From the NCBI GenBank assembly GCA_963700635.1, contig CAVOYH010000004.1, positions 1 to 64,000 of the forward strand: a stretch of 64,000 bases of DNA, read 5' to 3'. This stretch comes from an uncultured Bacteroidota bacterium (GTDB taxonomy: Bacteria; Bacteroidota; Ignavibacteria; UBA10030; UBA6906). The position numbers and the translations under genes are program-made. Within the stretch, counting starts at the first letter, position 1; each line of letters opens with the position of its first letter. The notes under the pieces were generated by a model that had not been told where the DNA came from, searched no databases, and saw only the letters and a list, made by a program, of their open reading frames with translations. Of the stretch, positions 48,651 to 58,686 are shown piece after piece.

Positions 48651-49397
48651 TTATCCGGGCTCCGCAGTAATGATACGATCGTCATGAGTCGGGACAACCC
48701 TGTGTCCGGGTGGCACGACAAGAAAGTCGCTTTCGTCCCACTCACCGCGAACGAGCCGTTCCAGCAGCGTCAGGTTTCCCTGGACGCGTTCGTAGGACCA
48801 GCCGTTTTCGCGAGCGCGGTCCTGCGCAGTGTTTTCGAACTGCGCATTAGGTTCTATGCCCATGGAGAGGAAGGTGATCTGGCGGTAATGTCTGGTCATG
48901 TCACAGAGTTGATCAAACAGAAACCGGGCGTTCTCTTCGCCGTATTTCTCCACGAGTTGCTCGTACGTGAGGTCCATGCCGTTTTTGTTCTGGATCGACA
49001 GCTGGCGGAGTTCCCCGGTGGGATCTCCCCCCCGTTCGATCCAGCCGGATGTCAGGAAATACGTGCCGGGATTATTCTGGAAGTAGTCCAGATACTTGTC
49101 CCTGCTCCCGAAGAACAAGGTCATACAATCATGGCCCCGGGGAATGACAACGGGCAGGGTTCGCGCACACAATCCTGTAATCCCATTGTTGCAGAGTGCG
49201 TATCCCAGGAGGATGGCATCATAACCGGGCGTGTCTGCAGCATCCACCGCGGCCTGCAGTCGTTCCACCATTCCTGCTGAACCGATATCGTGCAGCCCTT
49301 TGGGGAGGAAACAGTGGTCGACCTGATGCGGGGAATGCGCGATCAGGTGACACAACTCGCGGTAGAGGACTTCGCAGGATACCAGGTTAAATTTCAT
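48651..49397 (-). CDS. DUF1638 domain protein (associated with corrinoid methyltransferase clusters)
   Basis: SCEVL, GLH, LLGYALCNNG, PRGHDC, TYFLTSGW; ATG 49397. Confidence 0.85.
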   Translation of the reverse strand: MKFNLVSCEVLYRELCHLIAHSPHQVDHCFLPKGLHDIGSAGMVERLQAAVDAADTPGYDAILLGYALCNNGITGLCARTLPVVIPRGHDCMTLFFGSRDKYLDYFQNNPGTYFLTSGWIERGGDPTGELRQLSIQNKNGMDLTYEQLVEKYGEENARFLFDQLCDMTRHYRQITFLSMGIEPNAQFENTAQDRARENGWSYERVQGNLTLLERLVRGEWDESDFLVVPPGHRVVPTHDDRIITAEPG

Positions 49398-49429
49398 GTG
49401 GTCAGACAGAATGGGTAAGAAGGGAAATG

Positions 49430-50299
49430 TCAGCGTATGGTATGGGACAAGGCCTCGACGAACATGGGCGAAGTCCCGCAACACCCGCCGATAAAGGCGA
49501 CGCCGGCATCGCGGAGCGCGAGGGCCTGTGTGGCAAACTCTTCAGGTGTCGTCCGGTAGGTTACCGTACCACCGACCATTTCAGGGAGTCCGGCATTCGG
49601 CTTGATCCACAGAGGGAGGTCCGTTGCAGCTCTGAGTCTTCTGGCGATGGGTATATATCCCTCCATACCCAATCCGCAATTCGCACCGACAACATCGACG
49701 CCGGCGGCGGCGAGCTCTTGTGCCACCTGTTCCGGCGTTGAACCCATCATGGTCCGGTCCTTATCTTTTCCCGAGTCAAAAACCATTGAGGCCACAACGG
49801 GGAGTCCGGTGGCGCGGGCGGCCTTGATGGCAAGCGTAGCTTCCTGAAGATCGGACATGGTTTCAATGACCAGCGCATCGGCGCCGGCCGCAGCGAGCGC
49901 GGTGGCCTGTTCTTCAAATGCTTGCAGAACATCGTTTTCCGTCACCTCTTCGGTCATCAACAATTTCCCCGTCGGTCCGATTGACGCAAAGACCGCTGCG
50001 CGAGAGCCGGCCGCGGCGCGGGAAATGCGTACGCCGATGGAATTGATTTCCGCAGTCTTGTCGGCCAGGCCAAAACCATCCAGCGCAATGCGGTTACTGC
50101 GGAACGTGTTCGTGAGGATGACGTTACTCCCGGCCTCGATATAAAATTGTCCGACACGCTTCACGTGCTCCGGATGCGTCAGATTCCAGCCGTCCGGGCA
50201 TTCGCCCGGAGGCAGACCGAGGGCCTGGAGTTGGGTTCCCCAGGCCCCGTCAGTGATAACTGGAGTTGAACGCAGTAAGCGTGTGAGGGTCGGATGCAT
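49430..50299 (-). CDS. Stand-alone homocysteine S-methyltransferase domain (MetH N-terminal/BHMT-like)
   Basis: DGAWGTQL, AGS-x-TNTF, SIGPTG, IETMSD, Zn ligands GANCG and IGGCCGT, KPNAGLP; SD GGGGAG before ATG 50299. Confidence 0.92.
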   Translation of the reverse strand: MHPTLTRLLRSTPVITDGAWGTQLQALGLPPGECPDGWNLTHPEHVKRVGQFYIEAGSNVILTNTFRSNRIALDGFGLADKTAEINSIGVRISRAAAGSRAAVFASIGPTGKLLMTEEVTENDVLQAFEEQATALAAAGADALVIETMSDLQEATLAIKAARATGLPVVASMVFDSGKDKDRTMMGSTPEQVAQELAAAGVDVVGANCGLGMEGYIPIARRLRAATDLPLWIKPNAGLPEMVGGTVTYRTTPEEFATQALALRDAGVAFIGGCCGTSPMFVEALSHTIR

Positions 50300-50326
50300 A
50301 ACGTGCGCGTCTCCCCGGGACATGAT

Positions 50327-50962
50327 TCAGGCAGCGACGAGTTTTCGGGCGAGTGCGACGGCCCCGTTGGCGTTGGTGCTGTATCCGTCTGCGCCGATCT
50401 CCTGCGCATACTTTTCCGTGACGGGTGCCCCACCGATCATGATTTTCACTTGGTTGCGCACGCCGGCGGCTTTGATCGCTTCCACGGTGGTTTTCATCGA
50501 GTTCATGGTAGTCGTCAGTAGGGCCGACATCGCCACGAGGGTGGCTTTTTTCTCGTTCAGGGCGGCGATGAACTTTTCGGGCGGAACATCAACACCAAGG
50601 TCGATGACCTCGAATCCTGCGCCCTCCAGCATGGCGGCAACAAGATTTTTCCCGATGTCGTGAAGGTCGCCCTTCACGGTGCCGATGACCACCCGGCCGG
50701 CCGGTTCCGCGCCTTTCGCGACGAGGAGGGGACGGATAAACTCGAGTGACGCCTTCATGGCGCGGGCAGAGATGAGGAGTTCCGGAACAAAGTATTCATT
50801 TGCTTCGTACCGGCGTCCGACTTCGTCCATGGCGGGGATCATGTGTTCCTGTACCATGGCCTGGGGGTCCGCACCTGCTGCGAGTGCTTGTTGCGTAATT
50901 TCCCTGGCTGCCTTAAAATTCCCCGTGAGGATTGCATCGTAGAGCTTTTTCAGATCTTCCAT
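50327..50962 (-). CDS. Corrinoid (B12-binding) methyl-carrier protein (MtaC/MttC-like)
   Basis: Cap domain MDEVG-x-EYFVPEL; DxHxxG motif GDLHDIGKNLV, DLG-DV, SALLTTT, MIGGAP, IGADGY. Confidence 0.95.
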   Translation of the reverse strand: MEDLKKLYDAILTGNFKAAREITQQALAAGADPQAMVQEHMIPAMDEVGRRYEANEYFVPELLISARAMKASLEFIRPLLVAKGAEPAGRVVIGTVKGDLHDIGKNLVAAMLEGAGFEVIDLGVDVPPEKFIAALNEKKATLVAMSALLTTTMNSMKTTVEAIKAAGVRNQVKIMIGGAPVTEKYAQEIGADGYSTNANGAVALARKLVAA

Positions 50963-50988
50963 GGCAGTAACTCTCCCGCGAATTGTGA

Positions 50989-52038
50989 TTACAATTGTCC
51001 GTGCTCGTGCACAGTCTCGTACATGGTCAGAATATTGACAGTTGGCGTGACGGGTTGAAGGTTGTGACACGGAGCGCAGATCCAGCGCGCCCCCGAAAAG
51101 AGACGGATATTGTCCAGAACTTCCGAACGAACCTCCTCGACACTGCCAAAGGGAAGCGTGTGCTGGTTATCCACTGCACCATGAAATATCACACGCTTGC
51201 CGAAATCACGCACCAGTCCTTCTCTCTCCATACCCGGACACCGCCACTGGATCGGATTAAGGATTTCTATGCCGGTCACATCCAGCAGGTCCGGAATAAT
51301 ACTCCGTGCGGCGCCGTCGGTGTGATAGAATACATGGATGCCGAAGCTGCGCGCAAGATCGGCCATTTTCTTCTGACGCGGGAGAATGAACCGGCGGATT
51401 TCCGGGACTCCGAAGAGGAGCGCCGTCTGTCCGCCCAGGTCTTCTGCGACATACGTGATGTCGATCCGCCCCTTCCCCAGCTCGAAGGTGCGCTGATTCA
51501 CAGTGTAGTAGTATTGAAAGATATGTTCAAGGGCTGTGTCGACGAACTCCTGATCGACCAGCAGGTCCATCATGGCCAGTTCCATTCCGCGCAACGCGCA
51601 GTACAGCAGGAATGGTTCATATTCTCCGGACCGCACAATACGGTGAGAGGGCGCCGCAGAAATCTCTCTGTGATACCGTTCAAAATCGTGATCCGCAGGC
51701 CGGGGCCAGGGATACGCGTTCAGTTCGTCAACCGTGGTCAGGTCGGCCAGGGGGTGGTTGGCAAATTCGTCGTATGATCCGGTTCCATAATCGATCGCCG
51801 TGCGCCGCAAACCCCAGATATCTGCCTGCTCATCTCCCGGAGGATGCTTCAGGGTCCGTTCGGGGTTAATATGGACAACGCCGTCGATATGAAGACGTGT
51901 ATACAGTGCTTCTTTATCTGCACAGCCAAGCTCTTTGAGGAGTCGCGCCGTGACTTCGTCTGTCGCCCAGTAATCTGTGGGAATTCTGTCGGGCTTTTCA
52001 CCGGCAAAGAGGGCAAGCCACCGTTCTCGAGGTGTCAT
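50989..52038 (-). CDS. UroD/MtaA-family protein (candidate substrate:corrinoid methyltransferase, MT1)
   Basis: MTPRER-x-PDRIP, LRGME, AEDLG-Q, YHTDG, LNPIQ, GAVDNQ-x-LP, APCHN. Confidence 0.85.
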   Translation of the reverse strand: MTPRERWLALFAGEKPDRIPTDYWATDEVTARLLKELGCADKEALYTRLHIDGVVHINPERTLKHPPGDEQADIWGLRRTAIDYGTGSYDEFANHPLADLTTVDELNAYPWPRPADHDFERYHREISAAPSHRIVRSGEYEPFLLYCALRGMELAMMDLLVDQEFVDTALEHIFQYYYTVNQRTFELGKGRIDITYVAEDLGGQTALLFGVPEIRRFILPRQKKMADLARSFGIHVFYHTDGAARSIIPDLLDVTGIEILNPIQWRCPGMEREGLVRDFGKRVIFHGAVDNQHTLPFGSVEEVRSEVLDNIRLFSGARWICAPCHNLQPVTPTVNILTMYETVHEHGQL

Positions 52039-52161
52039 ATGACATAAGATGCCCCATAATTACGACAGAAGCAACCGTTTTCGGGGAATGTTTCATATGC
52101 AAACTGCTGTTTCATTAGCTGGGCCATGATGCACCTCCGCAAAGCTTCACGACCCACCCGA

Positions 52162-52190
52162 TTGTCATTGGAGATGGATTCCCGTACTAT
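52162..52190 (+). promoter_or_regulatory. Sigma70-like promoter for the 52217 gene
   Basis: TTGTCA (52162-67), 17-bp spacer, TACTAT (52185-90); SD GGAGG before ATG 52217. Confidence 0.6.
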
Positions 52191-52216
52191 AGAAGGAACT
52201 CATTTTTTGGAGGGAT

Positions 52217-54604
52217 ATGCGACTCGGAATCCTGCTGCTGCCGGTTACAATAATCCTGGTCCTGGGTACAGGATACGGGGGAGACGTGGAGGACCGCGGA
52301 TACCTGGCGAAACCCGCCCTTACCGCCGCCGGTGTGATGTGTACCAACAGCTTTGGCTCAGCGCTGTACGTCGTACGGAACGATACGCTTCACGAGCTCG
52401 CCGCGGGACCCGGGATTGGGCTGTACTATACCGTCTCCCCGGCAGGGGACCTTGTGGGATGCAAGGAAATAACCGAGTCCGGTCTGCAGTCTGCACTGCT
52501 CATCAATCTTCACAACGGACAACGACAACTGCTCACCGGACCGGAAGCACGCGTCGGACAGGTCAGCTTTGCCACCAACGGCAGGATAGCGTTTACCGTC
52601 GGTACGGACCTGATCGTTACGGACGGCGTAACGCAGGAACGGTACCCCCTCGGGACGTATGCCAATATCGCGCCGGTCTCGCCCGATGCACGATTCGCAG
52701 CGTTTAATGATCCGGACGACCAGCTCTGGCTCCTGGAACTGGCCACCCGGAATAAGCGCCGCATCACGGATGGAACCGTGGGATTTTTTTCACCGCTCTG
52801 GTCTCCGGACGGGAACCGTATCGTGTACTCTACGCTCCACGGTATGCTGTCCGTGTACGATCTTGGCACCGGACAAACGTATGAACTCGGTCGTGGTTCT
52901 CACCCGGCATGGACGCCGGACTCAAGGACAATTGTGTTTCACCGGACGAGCAGCGATCGGGACGAGGTTGTGGCATCGGACCTGTTCAGCATCGGATATG
53001 ATGGGTCAGGTGAGACACTTCTCACCGCGGGGATGGACGACTTTGCCATGGACCCCTCTGTTACACCGGATGGCAAGGCGGTGCTCTTCCACACGTTTAC
53101 TACGCGGGAGGTACGGTGGAAGGCCCTCGAGAATGATGCACCCGTTCAAAAATCTGCCGATGCCAGACGAATCTCCGGGACCGCGTTGACCATCCGGGCC
53201 AGAACGCCCTCCACGGTCCCGGAGTCCGTCTCCGGACTCGATATCCCGTATGTGCATCAGGTCTATGATACACCGGACTGGTTCAACGGACACTGGGCAT
53301 GCGCTCCCACGCAGGCCATGATGGTACTCGCGTATTATCATGTCCTTCCCCCCTGGAACATCACCTGTACCTGGCCGTCCCCTCACACGACGCCATGGGG
53401 GAACTATGTTGCTGAACAGTACCGGTTCCGGGGAACCGACTATGCCAGCGTCGCGCAAGATCCCAATGGAGTCAACGGCAGAGGGGGGTACGGCTTTATG
53501 TGGACCGGCTCATTCAGTCCGCGCAGTCGTATGGCTGACTACTACAGGAGTCATGGTCTTTCAGCGGTGCAGACGGAGGGCACGGCTTACAGTGCCGCGG
53601 CTGCGGACATCTCCGCAGGATTCCCCTTCAGTATGTGCGTGCTGCTGACGACCTCAGGCCATCTTGTGCTGGCACATGGTTTCGGAGCAGAACCCCACAC
53701 GCTGATGTTTCATGATCCGTACGGGAATAAGAATCAGGGATACATGAATGCCTCCGGGAAGAATGTATTGTATGACTGGCCGGGCTACAACAACGGTTAT
53801 CAAAATCTGAACGAGGTGGCGTGGTGCATCTCCACGCGATTCTCTCCGCCGCCAGTGGAAAACACGGTCGTGGATGATCTGCAATTCAGCAACGGTTTTT
53901 CTATGCAGACAGCCCCGCCGGCCTCCATGAAAATCTGGCGAGACCTGAACCGGGGCTATCAGGGGCATCTCTGGTATGCATACACTTCACTGGGACCTGT
54001 TGACACGTTTTTTGCGGAGTGGAGACCGGTACTCTCCGATGCCGGTGATTACGATGTACAGGCATTCATCGAACTCAGCAACGCGACCGATGCACGGTAC
54101 GAGGTCACCCATGCTGCCGGGAGAGATACGGTGTTCTTGAACCAGAAACTTTTTAGTGCGGAGTGGGTATCCCTCGGGGTGTTTCCGTTCACCATCGGAA
54201 ACAGCGGAGCTGTGCGGTTGAGTCATCTCTCGAGCATCGCGGGGCAGGAAATCGTCTTTGACGCGGTTCGATGGATCAAGGCGGCTTCCACATCCACTGT
54301 GTCAGAGAAAGCGGGAGCAGGGGAACCGGCATTCCGTCTGGAGCAGAACTACCCCAACCCCTTTAACCCATCCACCCGGCTCCACTTTTTTGTCCCCCGT
54401 GAAGCCCTGGTGCGGCTTGAGATTGTAAATGCGCTCGGGCAGAGTGTGGCGGTCTTACGGGATGGGATCATCGGACCCGGAGCGCATGTGCACGAGTGGT
54501 CCCCCGGCCGACTCTCCTCGGGAATCTACATCGCGCGACTCCGGCTAACGACCAGTGACGGGACCAGTCATCAGTCCGTCGTTAAAATGCTTCTGACGCG
54601 TTGA
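52217..54604 (+). CDS. T9SS-secreted protein: TolB/PD40 propeller + C39-like cysteine peptidase + golvesin/Xly-CBD-like domain + CTD
   Basis: Signal peptide; PLWSPDGNRIVY, PAWTPDS, PSVTPDG; CAPTQ..GHLVL..HDPYG (Cys-His-Asp); W-P-L-x-G-Y-V..WVSLG-F..DAVRW; LEQNYPNPFNPST..SSGIY. Confidence 0.8.
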   Translation: MRLGILLLPVTIILVLGTGYGGDVEDRGYLAKPALTAAGVMCTNSFGSALYVVRNDTLHELAAGPGIGLYYTVSPAGDLVGCKEITESGLQSALLINLHNGQRQLLTGPEARVGQVSFATNGRIAFTVGTDLIVTDGVTQERYPLGTYANIAPVSPDARFAAFNDPDDQLWLLELATRNKRRITDGTVGFFSPLWSPDGNRIVYSTLHGMLSVYDLGTGQTYELGRGSHPAWTPDSRTIVFHRTSSDRDEVVASDLFSIGYDGSGETLLTAGMDDFAMDPSVTPDGKAVLFHTFTTREVRWKALENDAPVQKSADARRISGTALTIRARTPSTVPESVSGLDIPYVHQVYDTPDWFNGHWACAPTQAMMVLAYYHVLPPWNITCTWPSPHTTPWGNYVAEQYRFRGTDYASVAQDPNGVNGRGGYGFMWTGSFSPRSRMADYYRSHGLSAVQTEGTAYSAAAADISAGFPFSMCVLLTTSGHLVLAHGFGAEPHTLMFHDPYGNKNQGYMNASGKNVLYDWPGYNNGYQNLNEVAWCISTRFSPPPVENTVVDDLQFSNGFSMQTAPPASMKIWRDLNRGYQGHLWYAYTSLGPVDTFFAEWRPVLSDAGDYDVQAFIELSNATDARYEVTHAAGRDTVFLNQKLFSAEWVSLGVFPFTIGNSGAVRLSHLSSIAGQEIVFDAVRWIKAASTSTVSEKAGAGEPAFRLEQNYPNPFNPSTRLHFFVPREALVRLEIVNALGQSVAVLRDGIIGPGAHVHEWSPGRLSSGIYIARLRLTTSDGTSHQSVVKMLLTR

Positions 54605-54729
54605 CCGCCGGGTATGTTCCGTCAGGCCTCCCGCCGCGCAACATTCTCTGTGTGCCATCGTATCCAGACAGAGGAGCACTTTGAGTCTGGAAATGTTTGA
54701 GTGGATTCTAGCCTGTCCGGAGCGGAGAA

Positions 54730-55500
54730 ATGAAAGAGGGCCGGAGTATTGACGTGGTCATTGCGGCGGGGGATCAGTCCGTGACGGAACATATCCGGCA
54801 CTGTGCTCAGGGGCATCAGGGTGTGCGCATTGCGGCTGTGTGCAGGTCGTCAGCGGAGGTTCAGTCCTACATGCATGCCCGTCGTGCTGATGTATTGATC
54901 CTCGACACGGTATTGCCCGAAACCGGATGTTTTTCACTCCTTCACGCGCTGGGTAGTAAAGATCGTCCGATGGTCATTTTTACTGCCGCGTCGGAAGAAC
55001 ATGCCCTGATTGCATTCCAGTTCCACCCTTTGGACTATCTTCTGTATCCTCTTGATGCTGCTCTCCTGGCGAGAGCGTTTGAACGGGCATTGGAGCAAAC
55101 ACGGAGTGCCTCAGCAAGAGGCCTCCCGGCGGGGCTTCCCGGTCAACCCGGGCTGCAGAAGTCCCCACGGAAACGCCTCATGGTAAAGACCGGGGGCAAG
55201 ATTGTTTTCCTGACTCCTGAAGAAATTGACTGGGTTGAAGCCGATCGGGACTATGTCCGCATTCACAATGGTGGCCGAAAGTATCATATGAGGGGAACCA
55301 TTACCGGGATGGAGCAGCAGCTCCCGGATGAACGATTTGTCAGGATCCATCGCTCCACGATAGTGAATGTTGACCGGATTCGGGAGATGCAGCCCTTGAG
55401 TTACGGAGAGTACGCGGTCATTCTGCTTGACGGGACACGATTGACGCTGAGCCGGTCATTTCGGGAAAGAGTATTCCGCCGTCTTGTGACCGCGGCATGA
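54730..55500 (+). CDS. LytTR-family response regulator with degenerate receiver domain
   Basis: LytTR domain IDWVEA, FVRIHRSTIVN, GTRLTLSR; the receiver has AAGD in place of VDDE and DYLLYP in place of DYLLKP. Confidence 0.88.
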   Translation: MKEGRSIDVVIAAGDQSVTEHIRHCAQGHQGVRIAAVCRSSAEVQSYMHARRADVLILDTVLPETGCFSLLHALGSKDRPMVIFTAASEEHALIAFQFHPLDYLLYPLDAALLARAFERALEQTRSASARGLPAGLPGQPGLQKSPRKRLMVKTGGKIVFLTPEEIDWVEADRDYVRIHNGGRKYHMRGTITGMEQQLPDERFVRIHRSTIVNVDRIREMQPLSYGEYAVILLDGTRLTLSRSFRERVFRRLVTAA

Positions 55501-55631
55501 CCTCATTTTTCTGCACCTCGTCGCGTCTTCACGCGGTTCGCCGCCCCCTCCGTTGTTTCCAGCCTGAAAAAGGGTACCATGCACCCAGAATGTGGCAATG
55601 AGCCGCATCGTGTTCTCTCTGAAGGAGTGGC

Positions 55632-58600
55632 ATGCACCCATTCTCTACGCGGATAATACTCGCCGCTCTTGTGGCAACGGGGGGATCAGCCGTCACGTCT
55701 CCGGCTGAGGCTGATGGGCTGGATCCCGCTCGCGAAATCACACAGTACGCCCACCGAGCGTGGACGAAGCGGGATGGGCTTCCTCAGAACACCGTTGAGG
55801 CAATCGCGCAGACTCCTGATGGATACATGTGGTTTGGGACCGTCGAAGGCCTCGCGCGCTTCGATGGGACGAGATTCCGCACATACAATGTCCGAAACAC
55901 GCCGCATCTCGAACTCAACTATATTTCCGCCCTTCATGTCACGCGCGACAGCACTATGTTCATAGGGAACTATGGCGGAATGATTCTTCGCTGGCGCAAT
56001 GGAAAAGTCCGTCAGCTGCCAAATCCCGGCACCGTTGAACGCTATGCAATCCGCAGAATTGTTGAAGATCGGCATGGAGCTGTTTGGGTGGCGGCGGGGA
56101 GTAGTCTTATCGAGATCCGGGGAGATTCCATATTCAAAGTCCACGGTGTGTCCGATGGACTGCCTCACGTTATGATCAATTCTCTGTGCGCGAGCAATGA
56201 CGGGGGGATGTACGTCGCGACCCCGTTCGGCATCTGGATTCGCAATAATGCATGTTTTGAGCCTTGGATGAAAGGCCCCGAGATCAAAGGCGAAAACAGG
56301 GTACGAGTTCAACTTCGCTGCGCCCCAAGTACTACATGCCATGCCAACAGCACTCCTCTGTGACCGTGAGGGAGGTCTATGGATTGGGACACCGGGATCG
56401 TGGGCTGTTCCGGTATCACGACGGAGTGCTGACATCATATCGCGAGACTTCGATCATCAAAGACGCTCCGATTACGCAGTTGTACCAGGACCGACGAGGA
56501 ACGATCTGGATTGGGTCAGGAGCGCATGGATTGTTCCGCTTTGTGGATGGCCGTTTTTCCTCCTTTTCGTCTGGTGACGGACTCTCGGGGGATGATGTCG
56601 TGAGTCTCTTCGAAGATCGGGAAGGCAACCTCTGGGCCGGCGTTTCGACGGCGGGTGTTAACCGTTTTACGAACAGCAGATTTACTACCTACCGTGTCGG
56701 CTCAACAGTTGCTGAGAACATGATTTGGTCAGTGGCGCAAGGTCCTCGCGGCGAGATTCTGGCGAGTACGGCCGCCGGCAAGCTTTTTACATCTTCGGGA
56801 AAGAAATTTGAACCATCAACACGGTACGATGTGTTCAAGGGAGGGATTGCGGCAGCGTATCTGAAAGACAATTCCGGCGCATTCTGGGTAGGCGGTACCA
56901 GAGGGGTAGTGCGATTTGAAGGAGGGTCTTCCAAGCACTTTCCCCTGGGGATGATCCACGCCGCTGCGGAAGACCCTTACGGGCGTATCTGGTTCACAGG
57001 ATCATCGGGGATCTTCGTGTTCGGACATGGCCAGATGACGAAATTGGATATGGGTAACTCCGCCGCCCAGTATACCGGGCGTAACATCCTCTTCGACAAG
57101 CGCGGCAATGTATGGCTGGCATCCCGGAACCTCGGGGTCGGTCGTATTCCATTGCCGCCCATCACATCGCAGGCCCTCACGATCGATTCCTCGGACTTTC
57201 ATTGGTATCCTCTCCTTGAAGGACACCCCTCAGCGTGGGTAATGACGATGTCGATGGATTCTCTCGAAGGACTCTGGGTTACGACCATGGGAGCCGGAGT
57301 AAAAGTGATTCGGGGGGATTCCGTCAGGACCATTACATCCTGTGAAGGATTGCCTGAAGAGGTCATGTACATCGCCGTGCCTGACAACAGAGGGTTTCTC
57401 TGGTTCTCATCGAACAACGGTGTGTACCGGGCACGAACCGAGGAATTGTACGAGCTTCTCGACAGGAGACGCGAAACGGTCCAGTTCGAACGGTTCGGCG
57501 TCAGCGACGGCATGTATAGCGATGAGTGTAATGGCGGCTACGAGGCGAGCGCAGTAAAAGGAAAAGACGGGCGGTTGTGGTTCCCTACAACCGCAGGGGT
57601 TGTTATGGTTGATCCGGAACGGATGCCTTTGAACAGCGTGCCACCGGCTGTTGTTATTGAGCGGGTCAACGTCGACAACGTCGAGGGTATCGTTTCCTCG
57701 GACATCGTGTACCCGCCCGGGAATGGTGACCTGGAGTTTCACTTCATCGGTCTGAGCTTCGCTTCCCCGGAGCGCGTGCAGTATCGATACATTCTCGAAG
57801 GGTTCAACAAACAATGGATTGATGCCGGCGATCGAAGTGAGGCGTTCTATACGAACGTACCCCCCGGATCTTATCGATTCCGTGTCCAGGCCGCAAATGT
57901 TAATGGTATCTGGAACGAGCGCGGCTCTTCGGTGGCGTTTACGCTCCTCCCCCATTTCCATCAGACCGTGTGGTTTCCCGTGTTGATTGTTCTAGGTCTT
58001 GCCGGAACAATTGTGTTTGGACTGTTCATGTATAAGCGGGACCGGGATAGGGAGGTTCAGGCTTCTCAACTCGAATCGGAACTCGCGCTTGCCCAGGTGC
58101 AAATCCTGGAAATGCAACTCCAGCCTCATTTCCTCTTCAATACGCTCAACAGCATTATGGTGCTTATACGCGGGGAACCGGATTTGGCGAGTCGCATGGT
58201 GGCCCGACTCAGTGAATTTCTCCGGCTGACACTCGACAGTGCGGGCATGCAGGAGGTACCGTTGCGCAGGGAATTGGAATTCCTGGACAGGTACGTGCAG
58301 ATTGAGCGTATCCGTTTCGGCGAACGTCTTCACGTTGAGCAGCACATTGATCCCTTGCTGTTTGATGCACTGGTCCCCAATCTGATTCTTCAGCCGTTGG
58401 TGGAAAATGCAATCCGCCATGGAGTCGCGAAACGCCGCGGTACGGCGGTGATTGTTGTGTCGGTCGGGCGGCTTGACGGGCTCCTGACGATCCATGTGCG
58501 TGATAATGGGGCAGGACTGTGTTTGCGGGAGGGTGTGCACGTGAGAGAGGGAATCGGTCTCAGGACTACCCGACAACGACTGCACCATCTGTACGGGAAC

Positions 58601-58684
58601 GCCGCTGCCTTTGCACTCGAGAGTCCTCCGGATGGTGGCGTTAATGCCGTGATAACATTACCCCTTCACAGCAAGGTCGGCTGA
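55632..58684 (+). CDS. LytS-type sensor histidine kinase with periplasmic Reg_prop beta-propellers and Y_Y_Y domain; two +1 frameshifts (~56335, ~56392)
   Basis: DGLPQNTV-x-QTPDGYMWFGT repeats, YTNVPPGSYRFRVQA, one TM, QLQPHFLFNTLNSI, QPLVENAIRHG, DNG-G. Three frames join via PTALLCDREGGLWIGT. Confidence 0.9.
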
Positions 58685-58686
58685 TT

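Noticed and set aside
52039-52216. Cobalamin or SAM riboswitch upstream of the corrinoid operon
   Set aside because: Only a GGGAA fragment is present; I saw no B12-box (GCCACTG-type) or SAM-I core, and the space is largely taken by divergent promoters. An Rfam cmscan would settle it.
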